Shown piece after piece: positions 1 through 10,350 of a stretch of DNA of 64,000 nt. Under the pieces are notes generated by a model. The model had not been told where the DNA came from. It saw only the letters and a list, made by a program, of their open reading frames with translations, and made no database searches. Each line of letters opens with the position of its first letter. Positions within the stretch are counted from its first letter, which is position 1. The DNA comes from Thermoanaerobacterales bacterium (GTDB lineage: Bacteria > Bacillota > Thermoanaerobacteria > Thermoanaerobacterales > UBA4877), in assembly GCA_036752905.1 (NCBI GenBank), contig DAIORT010000007.1, positions 27,105 to 91,104 of the forward strand, written 5' to 3'. The position numbers and the translations under genes were made by a program.

Positions 1-1378
1 ATGCCACCATGCACCACGCAAAACCGTATATACCCAAAAGTGCACTGACTATTAACACAGGATACGGCAAAAACCTCATCATGTAGGATGCAGTATAAGA
101 TGGGACCGCATAGGAGGCCAGTGTCGTAACTGAAATTATGATCACTACAAATGGGCTTACTAAGCCGGCACTGACGGCAGACTGTCCAACAGCCAGTGCC
201 CCGACAATACTTATAGTCTGGCCGATGGTACCGGGAAAGTGTATACCAGCCTCTCTAAGGATTTCAATGAGCACCATCATTAAAAACACCTCCGCAAAGG
301 GAGAAAAAGGTACAAACAATCGTCCGCTCATAAGGCTCAATATAAATCTCGTTGGTATCATCTCTTGATTAAATGAGACAATAGATATATAAAACCCCGG
401 CAGGAATACGGCAATAAAGAGAGAGAGCACTCTAAGTACCCTTACTCCGCTGGATATTATACTGTTCTCATAGTAATCGTCGGGTGACTGTATAAACTCC
501 CAAAAAAGAAACGGGGCCACAAGCACCACCGGGGTACTGTCGACAAATATTGCTACCTTTCCTTCTAAAATATTCGCAACAACCTTATCCGGACGCTCTG
601 TAGACTGTAAGGTTGCAAAAGGAGACAAAGGAGCATCACTTATTAATTCTGCTATATAACTGGAATCAATAACAGCGTCTATGTCTATCTGTTGTATTCT
701 CTTTTTTACCTCATTTACAATATTGTCATCTGCTATACCGTCGATAAAGGCTATAACAACATCGGTTTTACCAGATCTGCCGATAGTCATAGGTTCAAAA
801 TGTAAATTAGGGTCCCTTATGTACCTTCTTATCATGGTCACGTTGGTAAGCAGCGTCTCATTAAAACCCATATGAGGGCCCATTGCTATGGCCTCATTGC
901 CGGGTTCATCTATACTCCGTTCTTTCCAGCCCTTTGTATCACACACAAGAGCCTTATCACAACCGTCTACAAATACTATCGTACATCCGTTAAAGATATC
1001 GTCGATGCAGTCAGAAAATTTATCCACTTCGCTAACATCATTGGCTGTTATCATAAATTCTTCCACATATTGTAGGGGACCTACCTTGCGAAACTTTTCA
1101 TCATCCACCGGTTTTAAAACTATCGGCCTTAGAATACTCTGGTTTAACACAGTCTTATCCACCATACCGTCTAGATAAGCCAAAACCACATATTGATCGG
1201 TTTTCCCGCCCAACGAAACCTTTCGTGTTATGACGTCAAAATTTCCATTTAAAGTGGATTTTACATTATCAATATTTTTGTCAACCGATTTATCTATCTT
1301 TAATTTTTGCTCCTGCTGCTTTTTATCTTGTTTATTACCATTGTCTTTATTGCTAAATAATTTGTTAAAAAGAGACAT
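1..1378 (-). CDS. Spore germination protein, GerA/GerKA A-subunit family (partial; C-terminus runs off the window start)
   Basis: My own minus-strand translation starts at ATG 1378-1376, with GGAGGA 7 nt upstream. It reads MSLFNKLFSNKDNG...DVITRKVSLGGKTDQYVVLAYLDGMVDK...LQSTERPDKVVANILEGKVAIFVDSTPVVLVAPFLFWEFIQSPDDYYEN...LFIAVFLPGFYISIVSFNQEMIP. The frame stays open to position 1. It is absent from the ORF track because there is no stop in the window. Confidence 0.85.
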   Translation of the reverse strand, partial: MSLFNKLFSNKDNGNKQDKKQQEQKLKIDKSVDKNIDNVKSTLNGNFDVITRKVSLGGKTDQYVVLAYLDGMVDKTVLNQSILRPIVLKPVDDEKFRKVGPLQYVEEFMITANDVSEVDKFSDCIDDIFNGCTIVFVDGCDKALVCDTKGWKERSIDEPGNEAIAMGPHMGFNETLLTNVTMIRRYIRDPNLHFEPMTIGRSGKTDVVIAFIDGIADDNIVNEVKKRIQQIDIDAVIDSSYIAELISDAPLSPFATLQSTERPDKVVANILEGKVAIFVDSTPVVLVAPFLFWEFIQSPDDYYENSIISSGVRVLRVLSLFIAVFLPGFYISIVSFNQEMIPTRFILSLMSGRLFVPFSPFAEVFLMMVLIEILREAGIHFPGTIGQTISIVGALAVGQSAVSAGLVSPFVVIIISVTTLASYAVPSYTASYMMRFLPYPVLIVSALLGIYGFAWCMVA

Positions 1379-1541
1379 ACACGCATCCTCCGATTAATTT
1401 CGTATCTTATTTATTATCTTCAATATGGCATATTTTATTATTATTTATTCAGGACACTCATAATAATTAGTAAAGCCGCCAAAAGATATGGCAAATTAGC
1501 AATAAAGTATGGTAAAATATATCCAGAATGGGGGAAATACA

Positions 1542-2267
1542 ATGCCAACTTATATTCATAATTTACTATTTATTTTTTCCAAACTGCCATCATTTATAAG
1601 GACACCTATAATAAAATTGGTATTGAAGTACTACATGGGGAAATACATAAAGCTTAAAGTAAACAATAGGGAAAACTTAAAAGAAGTGGAAGGAAAGCCG
1701 ACATTATTTATATGTAATCATCTCAGTAATATGGATGCTCTTTTACTTAACAAGGTACTTGCAAAAAATAAAGTAGCTTTTATAGCAGGTGTTAAACTTA
1801 CTAAAAATATGGTGACCAAACAGGTAATGCAGACGGTCAGGATTATACAAATAACACCTAATACCGCTGATATAGGTGCCATAAAGATGGCTTTGAACTA
1901 CCTTAAAGAAGGCGGATCAATACTTCTTTTCCCAGAAGGCACAAGAAGCCGTTCACAGACAATGATAAAAGCTAAGCCCGGTTTTGTATTCCTTGCCAAT
2001 AAAGCCGGCGTACCGGTTGTTCCCATAGGAATAGAAGGGGTAGATGAAATATTTCCAGTAAATGACGCAGATATAGGAAACGAATTCTTTAAAAAGAAAG
2101 GTGTAGCAACAATAACCATAGGAAAGCCTTACTATGTAGAAAAGCAGTTAAAAGATGAAACTAGAGACCAGTGGCTAAAGCGTGCTACAGATAATGCAAT
2201 GTATGAAATAGCCGCACTGGTCTCTCCACGCTATCGTGGATATTATGGGAAAAAAGATGCTAATTAG
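1542..2267 (+). CDS. 1-acyl-sn-glycerol-3-phosphate acyltransferase (PlsC family)
   Basis: The HX4D motif is present as NHLSNMDA, and the FPEGTRS acyltransferase block is also present. I chose ATG 1542 (GGGGGA 7 nt upstream) over the track start at 1509. Confidence 0.8.
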   Translation: MPTYIHNLLFIFSKLPSFIRTPIIKLVLKYYMGKYIKLKVNNRENLKEVEGKPTLFICNHLSNMDALLLNKVLAKNKVAFIAGVKLTKNMVTKQVMQTVRIIQITPNTADIGAIKMALNYLKEGGSILLFPEGTRSRSQTMIKAKPGFVFLANKAGVPVVPIGIEGVDEIFPVNDADIGNEFFKKKGVATITIGKPYYVEKQLKDETRDQWLKRATDNAMYEIAALVSPRYRGYYGKKDAN

Positions 2268-3063
2268 AATAGAGAAGTTTTCCTTCAGGAGTTATAACAA
2301 AACTCCTGCTTTCTTTTAGCTTTGAATTACACTCAAAATGATCTTTCTTGTTACAGTCCGAGGGTGAGTAATCAGAATAAATCACATTTATTATCCATGC
2401 TTTTTCATTGTTGAACTTAGAATATATGCAGTATGCCGGCAGGTAGGGTTGCTTCATTTCCCGGGAAACCACATCAAATACCCTACCGGTATACAGCCCG
2501 GATTCTCCTGCCTCATGTATAGCTGCCTCTACATACTTATCATTTATCTCAGGTATGGCATCGGATATCGTGTAAATATCGGACGACACCCTGATCTCCT
2601 TGGGTGGATATGACTTCATGCTGTCTATATCATTTTTTGTATAGTTCCTAACTTCGGATTTTACTATCGGTGGATTTGTTTTTAATTTTTGTATGCCACT
2701 GCTTTTGAGTTCGGAAAAATACTTACCCAAAGTCTCGGACTTAAATGCTTTTCCATTCTGAAGCATAAACGTATCGGCTGACATTCTCTTAATTACAGTT
2801 TCCTTATCACTGAAACTGATATTCATCATCATATCATAGCTGCCGCTGTCGGCATCTTCTATCGTATCATCTATATCTTTGTCTATAATATCTAGTATTG
2901 AGGATATCCTCTCCCTGTCCGTCGTCTTTTCCAATAATATTCTATACGGTGAATTTAAACCGACGGCAATACTGTGTACCTTACCGGGGTCAATCCCCTT
3001 ATAATACATACAGGACGATAGAAAAACAGTCAAAAAGATTAAAGCCAAATACAATTTCCTCAT
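2260..3063 (-). CDS. Hypothetical lipoprotein
   Basis: The N-terminus MRKLYLALIFLTVFLSSCMYY looks like a signal peptide with a lipobox (LSSC). I recognise no catalytic motif. Confidence 0.6.
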   Translation of the reverse strand: MRKLYLALIFLTVFLSSCMYYKGIDPGKVHSIAVGLNSPYRILLEKTTDRERISSILDIIDKDIDDTIEDADSGSYDMMMNISFSDKETVIKRMSADTFMLQNGKAFKSETLGKYFSELKSSGIQKLKTNPPIVKSEVRNYTKNDIDSMKSYPPKEIRVSSDIYTISDAIPEINDKYVEAAIHEAGESGLYTGRVFDVVSREMKQPYLPAYCIYSKFNNEKAWIINVIYSDYSPSDCNKKDHFECNSKLKESRSFVITPEGKLLYSN

Positions 3064-3424
3064 ATCTGATCACCTACTATTATAATTAATTGCCCCAGAT
3101 TTCCCCTTATTTATATATGATCAAAAAACAATCTTGTTAACATATATAATCATTATGTCCAACATTTAGAGTATTAACCTTTGCTTACAGTACCAGCCTT
3201 GGCTACCTCCCGATAAATCAGTATGCCGGCCGGGGCCGTCCTATGATATATACTTTGTCAATCATCAACTTGTGGTTTATTCTTAAGTAATACATCGAGA
3301 ATAGGACCAGTAATTAATATTATACTGATACCAGAAATAACTTATTTTGTTTATTATACCATCTTGTTAAAAATATAAAAAGACTAAAAAACAGATAACT
3401 ATAAAATCAAATGTGGGGCTGGCT

Positions 3425-4177
3425 TTATAGCTTTAATTCACCTAAAAGTCTGTCAAACTGACCATAATCCAAGGACTGCCTGCCATCGGTAAAAGCGGCT
3501 TTAGGGTGTGGATGGACCTCAACCATAATTCCGTCTGCCCCGCAAGCCATAGCTGCTTTAGCCATGGGTATTATCATTTCTCTTCTGCCGGTACCGTGAC
3601 TGGGATCAACAATGACGGGGTAAGGAGAAAGCTGATGTATTGCTACAACAGCAGACAGATCTAATGTATTTCGCGTGTACGGCTCAAAGGTCCGGATTCC
3701 CCTTTCGCAGAGTATAATGTCATCGTTACCTTCACTTGATATATATTCGGCAGCAAGCATCCATTCTTTAATGGTAGCGGACATTCCTCTTTTGAGAAGT
3801 ACCGGTTTATCTTGCCTCCCTATATCCTTTAAAAGAGAATAGTTGGACATATTTCTTGAGCCTATTTGAAGTATGTCGCTGACATCATAAATCTTATCTA
3901 TATCCCGCTGGCTTAAAACTTCACTGGCCACACATATGTCATACATGCTTTTAGCTGTCTTTATTATATTAAGGCCCTTCTCACCCAATCCCTGAAATGT
4001 ATGAGGCGATGTTCTGGGTTTATACGCCTGACCTCTTATAATCCTTATGCCCTTGCCATATAAAAAAGCAACCTCGCTTATAAACTCTTTCTCACCTTCT
4101 ATGGAACAAGGGCCGGCTATTACTACCGGGCTCTTTCTGATTCGCGTATTTCCAACCTTAATTGCTTTTACATCCAT
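3425..4177 (-). CDS. 3-deoxy-7-phosphoheptulonate (DAHP) synthase, type I-beta (KDO8PS-like, no fused regulatory domain)
   Basis: The translation VVIAGPCSIEGEKEF...IIRGQAYKPRTSPHTFQGLGEKGL...VIVDPSHGTGRREM is typical of short DAHP synthases. Confidence 0.85.
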   Translation of the reverse strand: MDVKAIKVGNTRIRKSPVVIAGPCSIEGEKEFISEVAFLYGKGIRIIRGQAYKPRTSPHTFQGLGEKGLNIIKTAKSMYDICVASEVLSQRDIDKIYDVSDILQIGSRNMSNYSLLKDIGRQDKPVLLKRGMSATIKEWMLAAEYISSEGNDDIILCERGIRTFEPYTRNTLDLSAVVAIHQLSPYPVIVDPSHGTGRREMIIPMAKAAMACGADGIMVEVHPHPKAAFTDGRQSLDYGQFDRLLGELKL

Positions 4178-4298
4178 TGGATTTACCTTTCTTCGTTAAA
4201 CTTCGAATATTATTATATCATATTTGTAAAATTGCGCTCGTCTCGGCTGAGAATGATATGTTATAATATATTTATTAATGTTTTTGGAGGTAATACAC

Positions 4299-4862
4299 AT
4301 GGGAAAAATTACATTAGCACCTCAAAACTCACTGTATCCGATTTCTGCCGTAATGATAAGCTGCGGTGATATTGACGGTATACATGATATAATAACCGTG
4401 GCATGGGCGGGAACGGTATGCTCTAATCCACCGATGCTATCTATTTCCGTTAGGAAAGAAAGATACTCTTATAACATTATGAAAAAGACCGGGGAGTTTG
4501 CTGTAAATATCCCGGATGAAAACCTGCTATATGCCCTTGATTACTGTGGAAGCGTATCAGGTAAATCCCATGATAAATTTGCAGAAGTAGAACTTACTAT
4601 GGAAAAAGCAAAGGAAATAAAAGCTCCATTGATAGCCGAGTGTCCTTTAAATATTGAATGTAAGGTAAAAAATATTATACCTTTAGGTTCCCATGACATG
4701 TTTATGGGAGAAATCGTGTCTATAGGCGCCGACAGCAAGGCAGTCAATGGAAACAAAATAGACTTTGGCAATCTTGACCTTATTGCCTATGTCAAGAATG
4801 AATATTACTCAATCGGCAGGAAATTAAACAATCAGTATTTCAGCACTAAAAATAACAAATGA
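4299..4862 (+). CDS. Flavin reductase-like (FMN-binding split-barrel) domain protein
   Basis: The pattern ISAVMISCGD...ITVAWAGTVCSNPPMLSISVRKERYSYNIMKKTGEFAVNIP matches the flavin reductase domain. Start ATG 4299 is preceded by GGAGG. Confidence 0.75.
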   Translation: MGKITLAPQNSLYPISAVMISCGDIDGIHDIITVAWAGTVCSNPPMLSISVRKERYSYNIMKKTGEFAVNIPDENLLYALDYCGSVSGKSHDKFAEVELTMEKAKEIKAPLIAECPLNIECKVKNIIPLGSHDMFMGEIVSIGADSKAVNGNKIDFGNLDLIAYVKNEYYSIGRKLNNQYFSTKNNK

Positions 4863-5917
4863 AAACAGAGGCGATAAAATTAAAAAGGGTAAGAGAATTA
4901 GACGTTTTTAAGGGCCTGGCCATTGCAGCCGTAATAATGATACACACCACGGGCAGGGGTGTTACAGAACTTGATGTATCTTCATCTTCGTATCTTTTAC
5001 ACCTTATATTAAACAGGTTTTCTCAGTTTTCCGTACCTGCCTTTATATTTGCCAGCAGTATTTTACTATCATACATCTATAGAAATGAGTTCTGCACAAT
5101 CACTGCCGGCCAACTTAAAACCTTTTATGTTAAACGCTTTATTCGTATAATGCCTCCATATATGATATGGACTCTCATATATCTGCTTGCAAAACATACC
5201 ATATCGGGAAGTTTGTCAGATATTACGCTTAAAAGCTATTTAAGGTGTCTGTGCCTTGGTACGGGACATTTTCATTTATATTTTATAGTCATCATAATTC
5301 AACTATATATCTTCATGCCCTACTTAATATACTGTGTATCCAGATTGAACCTTAGATTCAATCAGATACTGCCCATTGCAGCAGCTTTACAGATAGTTTT
5401 TTATTATGTCCATAAAATGGTCATTGTAAAGTATATTAATCGCCCGGCCTCTTTGATGCCATGGTATCTAGTTTTAATATTGTTGGGAATCTGGATAGGT
5501 ATAAACTATGAAGAATATCATAAAAGAGTAAAATCTATGATTGCGTCTATTCCCATAGCCGCAGTATCAGGTATATTGTACACATACGCATACCACCTTA
5601 TAAACATAGGCCGGCCTGTTTCGACGTTATTATTTAATATTTTATGGTATGTCTATGTGACGGCTGCTTCGCTATCGCTCCTGTATATATCTGATAAAAT
5701 GAATAACCCATTCCTGGAGAAATCAGGACAGCTGTCATTCGGAATATACCTTATGCATCCAATGATACTGCTTTTTATGAATAATGCCTTCACAACGGGA
5801 AATGTATTAGCTTTTGATGTCTACACTTTATTAAAGTTTGTACTGGCATATTCGATATCCTATGTTATTACATTAGTCTTAGAAAAGACTACGGTTGGAA
5901 AATATATCGTAGGGTAA
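4859..5917 (+). CDS. Acyltransferase 3 family integral membrane O-acyltransferase
   Basis: The protein is polytopic, with the N-terminal RELDVFKGLAIAAVIMIHT motif typical of acyltransferase_3. Its start forms an ATGA overlap with the upstream gene. Confidence 0.75.
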   Translation: MKTEAIKLKRVRELDVFKGLAIAAVIMIHTTGRGVTELDVSSSSYLLHLILNRFSQFSVPAFIFASSILLSYIYRNEFCTITAGQLKTFYVKRFIRIMPPYMIWTLIYLLAKHTISGSLSDITLKSYLRCLCLGTGHFHLYFIVIIIQLYIFMPYLIYCVSRLNLRFNQILPIAAALQIVFYYVHKMVIVKYINRPASLMPWYLVLILLGIWIGINYEEYHKRVKSMIASIPIAAVSGILYTYAYHLINIGRPVSTLLFNILWYVYVTAASLSLLYISDKMNNPFLEKSGQLSFGIYLMHPMILLFMNNAFTTGNVLAFDVYTLLKFVLAYSISYVITLVLEKTTVGKYIVG

Positions 5918-5927
5918 ACATTATAAA

Positions 5928-5961
5928 ATAGAGAAGGCGGAAATCATTCCGTCTTCTCTAT
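5928..5961. terminator. Hairpin between convergent genes (candidate bidirectional terminator)
   Basis: ATAGAGAAGGCGG-aaatcatt-CCGTCTTCTCTAT forms an imperfect 13-bp stem. The U-tract is weak. Confidence 0.4.
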
Positions 5962-6004
5962 CAATTCTTTATGACCAATGATACACGTTTATGAAATGTA
6001 CATA

Positions 6005-6691
6005 TCATGCATCCTGCCCCTCCAACTGTAAAAGTTCTTGCTTCAAGCGCTTAAACACATCCTTCTTTTCCTCTTTAAATTTCTTATCATTGCCGAAATA
6101 TACTGCATCACCTTGTAAAACAGTATGGGAAGATCTGCTTATGTATAAAGGAGCAAAAGCCAGATGTTTGCCAGTCTCTTTTACATAATATCTCTCCAAA
6201 TCAAGAAACCCATCATACATCTCACCCATATACTGCCCCTTATCCTTATAGTCTACATCCGGGCAGATCAGCACACTTTGTCCGTTAACCAAGGTCTGTG
6301 TAGTTTCCCTGAAAGTCTTGATAATATTCCGCGAACCACGATAAACAGGAATCGCATGTATCACCCACATCAAAATCTGCGCAGCTAGTGATACAGGAAA
6401 AGCAACTATCGCAGCAATAAACTTCGGCATGCCGAATCGCTTCGTAAATGTATAATCGTAGTACTGGGAAAAGCAGGTCCTCCAGTTGCAAAATACACTG
6501 AGTACCCATAAGCGCATCGGCACATTAAACCAGGCCAGGCTGAAGGTTGGCCCGCTAAGATTCTGATGATGCACCACATAAACAGCGGGTCCTTCTATTT
6601 CATTTTTAGATTTAACACTATAACGTCCTATATAACACCTAACAAAAAAACGAAAAATCTTGAAAATAAAGTTTCTCATATTATGCTCCAA
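6005..6691 (-). CDS. Hypothetical protein, possibly a divergent PlsC-like acyltransferase
   Basis: The ORF is 228 aa and lies 8 nt downstream of the GT2 gene. VVHHQNLSGP sits where HX4D would be, but without the Asp. PVYRGSRN and LICPDVDY blocks are present. Function is uncertain. Confidence 0.4.
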   Translation of the reverse strand: MEHNMRNFIFKIFRFFVRCYIGRYSVKSKNEIEGPAVYVVHHQNLSGPTFSLAWFNVPMRLWVLSVFCNWRTCFSQYYDYTFTKRFGMPKFIAAIVAFPVSLAAQILMWVIHAIPVYRGSRNIIKTFRETTQTLVNGQSVLICPDVDYKDKGQYMGEMYDGFLDLERYYVKETGKHLAFAPLYISRSSHTVLQGDAVYFGNDKKFKEEKKDVFKRLKQELLQLEGQDA

Positions 6692-6698
6692 TTAATTT

Positions 6699-7868
6699 TT
6701 AATCAAAACCTATCTTATCCACATTCTTTGGAAAAACACAGTTATGAATATAATGAATAACAAACGATAATACAATATCAACTAAAAGCTTTATAATGGC
6801 CACATTGATCCTCCAAAAACGGCTGATACAATATACTAAACCAAATGAAACCATCATTAACGCAAACCAAAAAATATAGAATCGAGATGTAGGTCGTACA
6901 ATCTTTCCTGTGCTCCAAAAAGCCAAGCCCTTATTTATTGCGAAATTACATAAAGAAGATAAGGTACGTGCAGCCACAGCACTTACAAAAAACCTCATAT
7001 GTACAGCAAGAAAATCCAGAAAATAATTGTTTAATAAAATAAATATAAAAATATCTAAAATTCCTGTGATAATAGATGGGCCGGTATATTGCATCAGATT
7101 TGTGGCAAAACACAATGAAATACGGAATGAATCCACTACGGTATTGTAATTAGAACCTGAATTATCATTAAAGTACAACGTCTTTATAGGAACCATAGAG
7201 AGAGCTACACCGCGTTGTACCGCCTCAATCAGCATATTCATCTCATAATCAAAACGCTCACCCTTTAATTCGATCATCCAATCAAGCTCACCTTTTGGTA
7301 TACCCCTGAGGCCTGTCTGCGTATCATTTATATAACTTCCGTACAGAAACTGAAAAATACGGCTTGTAATAGTATTTCCTACATAACTCCTCTTCGGCAC
7401 ATTATGATCTTTAAAATTACGTACACCCAAAATTAGAGAATTGCACTTCCTTGATATCAATTTACAGATATTGCAGATATCATCTATTCCATGCTGACCA
7501 TCAGCATCTGCCGTGACAACACCATCTAAACCAGAATAATTGTTTATAAAATAAGAAAATGCAGTCTTGAGCGCTCTGCCCTTACCACGATTAACATCAT
7601 GAGACAGCACAGTACATTGCTTGATATGCTTTAATCTACTAAAAATATAATCTGAAGAAGCATCACTCCCGTCATTCACAACAATCACCCGCGGTATGCC
7701 GCGGCCTATAAGACCCTGTACAAATTCTACCAAATGAGGTATAGGGTTAAAGGCAGGTATCACAACGGCACTGTTAATACCTGTTCCGTAATCGGCGGGT
7801 ACTGATGTGTTGTTTATTTTATCAAAGTTTTTATACATCAACAACACCGTCACTATCGAATTTTTCAC
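6699..7868 (-). CDS. Family 2 glycosyltransferase fused to a C-terminal GtrA-like membrane domain
   Basis: The GT2 core is VVIPAFNP...VIVVNDGSDA...TADADGQH. The C-terminal roughly 130 aa contains four hydrophobic helices of GtrA type. Confidence 0.8.
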   Translation of the reverse strand: MKNSIVTVLLMYKNFDKINNTSVPADYGTGINSAVVIPAFNPIPHLVEFVQGLIGRGIPRVIVVNDGSDASSDYIFSRLKHIKQCTVLSHDVNRGKGRALKTAFSYFINNYSGLDGVVTADADGQHGIDDICNICKLISRKCNSLILGVRNFKDHNVPKRSYVGNTITSRIFQFLYGSYINDTQTGLRGIPKGELDWMIELKGERFDYEMNMLIEAVQRGVALSMVPIKTLYFNDNSGSNYNTVVDSFRISLCFATNLMQYTGPSIITGILDIFIFILLNNYFLDFLAVHMRFFVSAVAARTLSSLCNFAINKGLAFWSTGKIVRPTSRFYIFWFALMMVSFGLVYCISRFWRINVAIIKLLVDIVLSFVIHYIHNCVFPKNVDKIGFD

Positions 7869-8060
7869 TCCCAGTACATAGATAATTATATGGTAAGGAT
7901 ATAAATCATGTCAACTAAACAACAGTTTAGAAAATATTTAAATAGTAACGATAATATAATTAATTTTACACTTAATTCTATGCTGGAGTTCTATTGTATT
8001 ATAAATCGTTATAATGTTTTTTACAAAGCTATTCTTTTGGTGCTCCTATATTGTTAAGTG

Positions 8061-8100
8061 CAAAAATTTAAAATGGGAGCCGCAGATACATGCAGCCCCC
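8061..8100 (-). terminator. Rho-independent terminator of the ascorbate-type PTS operon
   Basis: On the minus strand GGGGGCTGCAtgtatCTGCGGCTCCC is followed by ATTTTAAATTTTT. Confidence 0.55.
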
Positions 8101-8123
8101 GAGGATAGGGTGATCATATTAAT

Positions 8124-8276
8124 TTAAACAAAAGCTACAGCATAGCTTTTCCCAAACAATACGTCTGCTCTTTTGGCATCATACGGCAATATCTCTCTGA
8201 CTTTTAAACCATCAATCACTATTTGCGCCCTCATAAACTGACCTGAAATAAAAACTTTGTTGCCTTGAATAATCAT
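8124..8276 (-). pseudogene. 50-aa remnant resembling the N-terminus of an amidohydrolase (NagA-like deacetylase fold)
   Basis: My own translation is MIIQGNKVFISGQFMRAQIVIDGLKVREILPYDAKRADVLFGKSYAVAFV*. The pattern resembles the N-terminal beta-sandwich of amidohydrolases. It stops just where the PGFxDxHxH metal motif would begin. It is below the ORF-track length cutoff. Confidence 0.3.
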
Positions 8277-8321
8277 TTATACACCTGCTTTCCACTAAAA
8301 ATTACTATATTGAATAGAATT

Positions 8322-9062
8322 CTATTTATAATGAATTTGGTTTTTATACTGTTCGAAAAATCTTCTTTTACGGTCGGGATCCTGCTTTCCATTAGCACTT
8401 TCAAAAACAGGCGGTTCAATACCATGTTTTACACAAAGTTCTGCAAAACCAACAACCATCATGTTTGCTATTACAGAGTCCACGGCAGTCGAAGTAGCAC
8501 CCACTTTTATACCCGAATCGTCAACGGCAATACCTGCATCACCATATTCACCACAATTATCAATCACAACATCCCCAAACTCATAGAGATTTTTACCTGA
8601 ACTGTGACGACTGGGAACTGCTTTTGAATAAGCTAAATTAGAGATTATTATAACTTTGGCTCCTAATTCTTTTGCCTTTATTGCCATATCAATGGTTACG
8701 CTATTCCGGCCCGACACCGAATGAATTATCAAAGTGTCCCCTTTTTTTAGCTCCGTATTCGAAATTATTATTTGTCCGAAACCTTCTAATCGCTCCATAC
8801 ATGATGTTACGTTAAATGGCATTGTATTGAGCATAAGTGTGGGATTGAATATAGGGTTAATAATCATAAGACCACCGGCCCGACAATAAAGCTCCTCAGT
8901 AATTATTCCTGCATGAGAGGCACCAAATGCATATATACTTCCTCCATCCTTAAATGTGGAAAAAAGTAATTCTGTTGCCTTTTGTATAGAATCCGCTTGC
9001 GTGTTTTCAACAATTTCTAACAAACTTGTAATATGTTTTATATACTCTATAGACTTTGTCAT
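8322..9062 (-). CDS. SIS (sugar isomerase) domain protein, UPF0309-like
   Basis: The translation GGSIYAFGASHAGIITEEL...IIHSVSGRNSVTIDMAIKAKELGAKVIIISN fits a SIS domain. I chose ATG 9062, which forms an ATGA overlap with the IIC stop. Confidence 0.8.
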   Translation of the reverse strand: MTKSIEYIKHITSLLEIVENTQADSIQKATELLFSTFKDGGSIYAFGASHAGIITEELYCRAGGLMIINPIFNPTLMLNTMPFNVTSCMERLEGFGQIIISNTELKKGDTLIIHSVSGRNSVTIDMAIKAKELGAKVIIISNLAYSKAVPSRHSSGKNLYEFGDVVIDNCGEYGDAGIAVDDSGIKVGATSTAVDSVIANMMVVGFAELCVKHGIEPPVFESANGKQDPDRKRRFFEQYKNQIHYK

Positions 9063-10345
9063 CTTGTAATTAGCCTCAATACGGAGCCTTCTATTATAGA
9101 CCATAGTGAAAAGTCTTGACCAGCATTGCTTATTAACCAACCGGCAATTGTGTTTTCGACAAACGGAAGTGACCAGCCCATCAAAAATACAAGGACTACT
9201 CCGCTGACTGCAGAAGAAATAATTGCACCTTTAAATCCGCCCCTTGCATTTCCGACTACTGCTGCAGTTCCACATTCAAAGAAACACGTCATAACAACCG
9301 GTACAACAGAGTATTTAAATACGTGAAAATAAGTACAAATAATAATTGTAATTACGGATGTAACCATTGAAGTCAGAAATCCTATTATAACTGCATTTGG
9401 AGCATATGGGAAAAGTAATGGACAATCATACGCAGGTATTGCATTAGGAATAAGCTTTTCTTGAATCCCCGTAAATGCGGGAACAATCTCTGCAATCATC
9501 ATACGTACCCCAAGCAAAAGAATTGTTAAACCAGCTCCAAACGTAAGTCCAGATGTCACTATAAATTTAAATAATCCGTTATCGGGTGTAAGACCATATA
9601 ATTTCACATAGTCAACCCCTACAATAGAAAAAATTATGGTGAGGACAACATATGTTAACATAATTACTAATGACCCTGTGATAGAAACTTCCTTTAAAAA
9701 TCCCAGATTTTTCGGAATTTCAATGTTCTCAGTTGATTTAGATTTGTCTCCAAATTTACCGGCTAAAAACCCCCCAATTAATACAAATATTGAACTGGGG
9801 TGACCAAGTGTAAATGAATTGTCCCCCGTAACATCCTTAATGTATGGACGTACAAGGTTTGGTGCTACAACATAATATATCGCGGTTGTCAAGCATGCAA
9901 CTACTAAAAGCGGGACACCTTTTAATCCTGCAGTTACAGCAGTTGCAACAAATACAAATGGAAACCAATACAACATATGTCCTGTCAAAAACACTGTTTT
10001 CCATCTTGTGAAACGAGCAACCAGTAAATTAAGTAAGAATCCAAATATCATTGCAAAGCCAATCTCAAAACCGTACTGTCCCATAAATTCTCCAACTTCC
10101 ATGGTTGGGGCAGCAGTGGTTGCAGGACTAAGTGCAGCCATTGCACTGGCCAAAGGTGAGAGACTACTCACCAAAACTGTTGTACCTTGCTGAAGTATGA
10201 CAACACCCAAAGCCGTCTTGATTGTTCCCGACATAATATCGGCTAATCCCTTTTTTTGCAGCAGCAAACCTAAAAACGCAATCAATGCCAGGAATATAGC
10301 TGCTACACCAAATACTTGGTTGATAAGGAAATTAAGAATAGTCAT
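9059..10345 (-). CDS. PTS ascorbate-family (SgaT/UlaA-like) EIIC permease
   Basis: The 428-aa protein is polytopic, and both length and sequence pattern are typical of the UlaA/SgaT family. It is adjacent to an EIIB. Confidence 0.85.
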   Translation of the reverse strand: MTILNFLINQVFGVAAIFLALIAFLGLLLQKKGLADIMSGTIKTALGVVILQQGTTVLVSSLSPLASAMAALSPATTAAPTMEVGEFMGQYGFEIGFAMIFGFLLNLLVARFTRWKTVFLTGHMLYWFPFVFVATAVTAGLKGVPLLVVACLTTAIYYVVAPNLVRPYIKDVTGDNSFTLGHPSSIFVLIGGFLAGKFGDKSKSTENIEIPKNLGFLKEVSITGSLVIMLTYVVLTIIFSIVGVDYVKLYGLTPDNGLFKFIVTSGLTFGAGLTILLLGVRMMIAEIVPAFTGIQEKLIPNAIPAYDCPLLFPYAPNAVIIGFLTSMVTSVITIIICTYFHVFKYSVVPVVMTCFFECGTAAVVGNARGGFKGAIISSAVSGVVLVFLMGWSLPFVENTIAGWLISNAGQDFSLWSIIEGSVLRLITR

Positions 10346-10350
10346 TTATT

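Noticed and set aside
3064-3424. 360-bp non-coding gap as a possible riboswitch or sRNA
   Set aside because: I recognise no conserved riboswitch core and there is no clear terminator. It is probably promoter or leader for the lipoprotein gene plus 3' UTR of the DAHP synthase gene.
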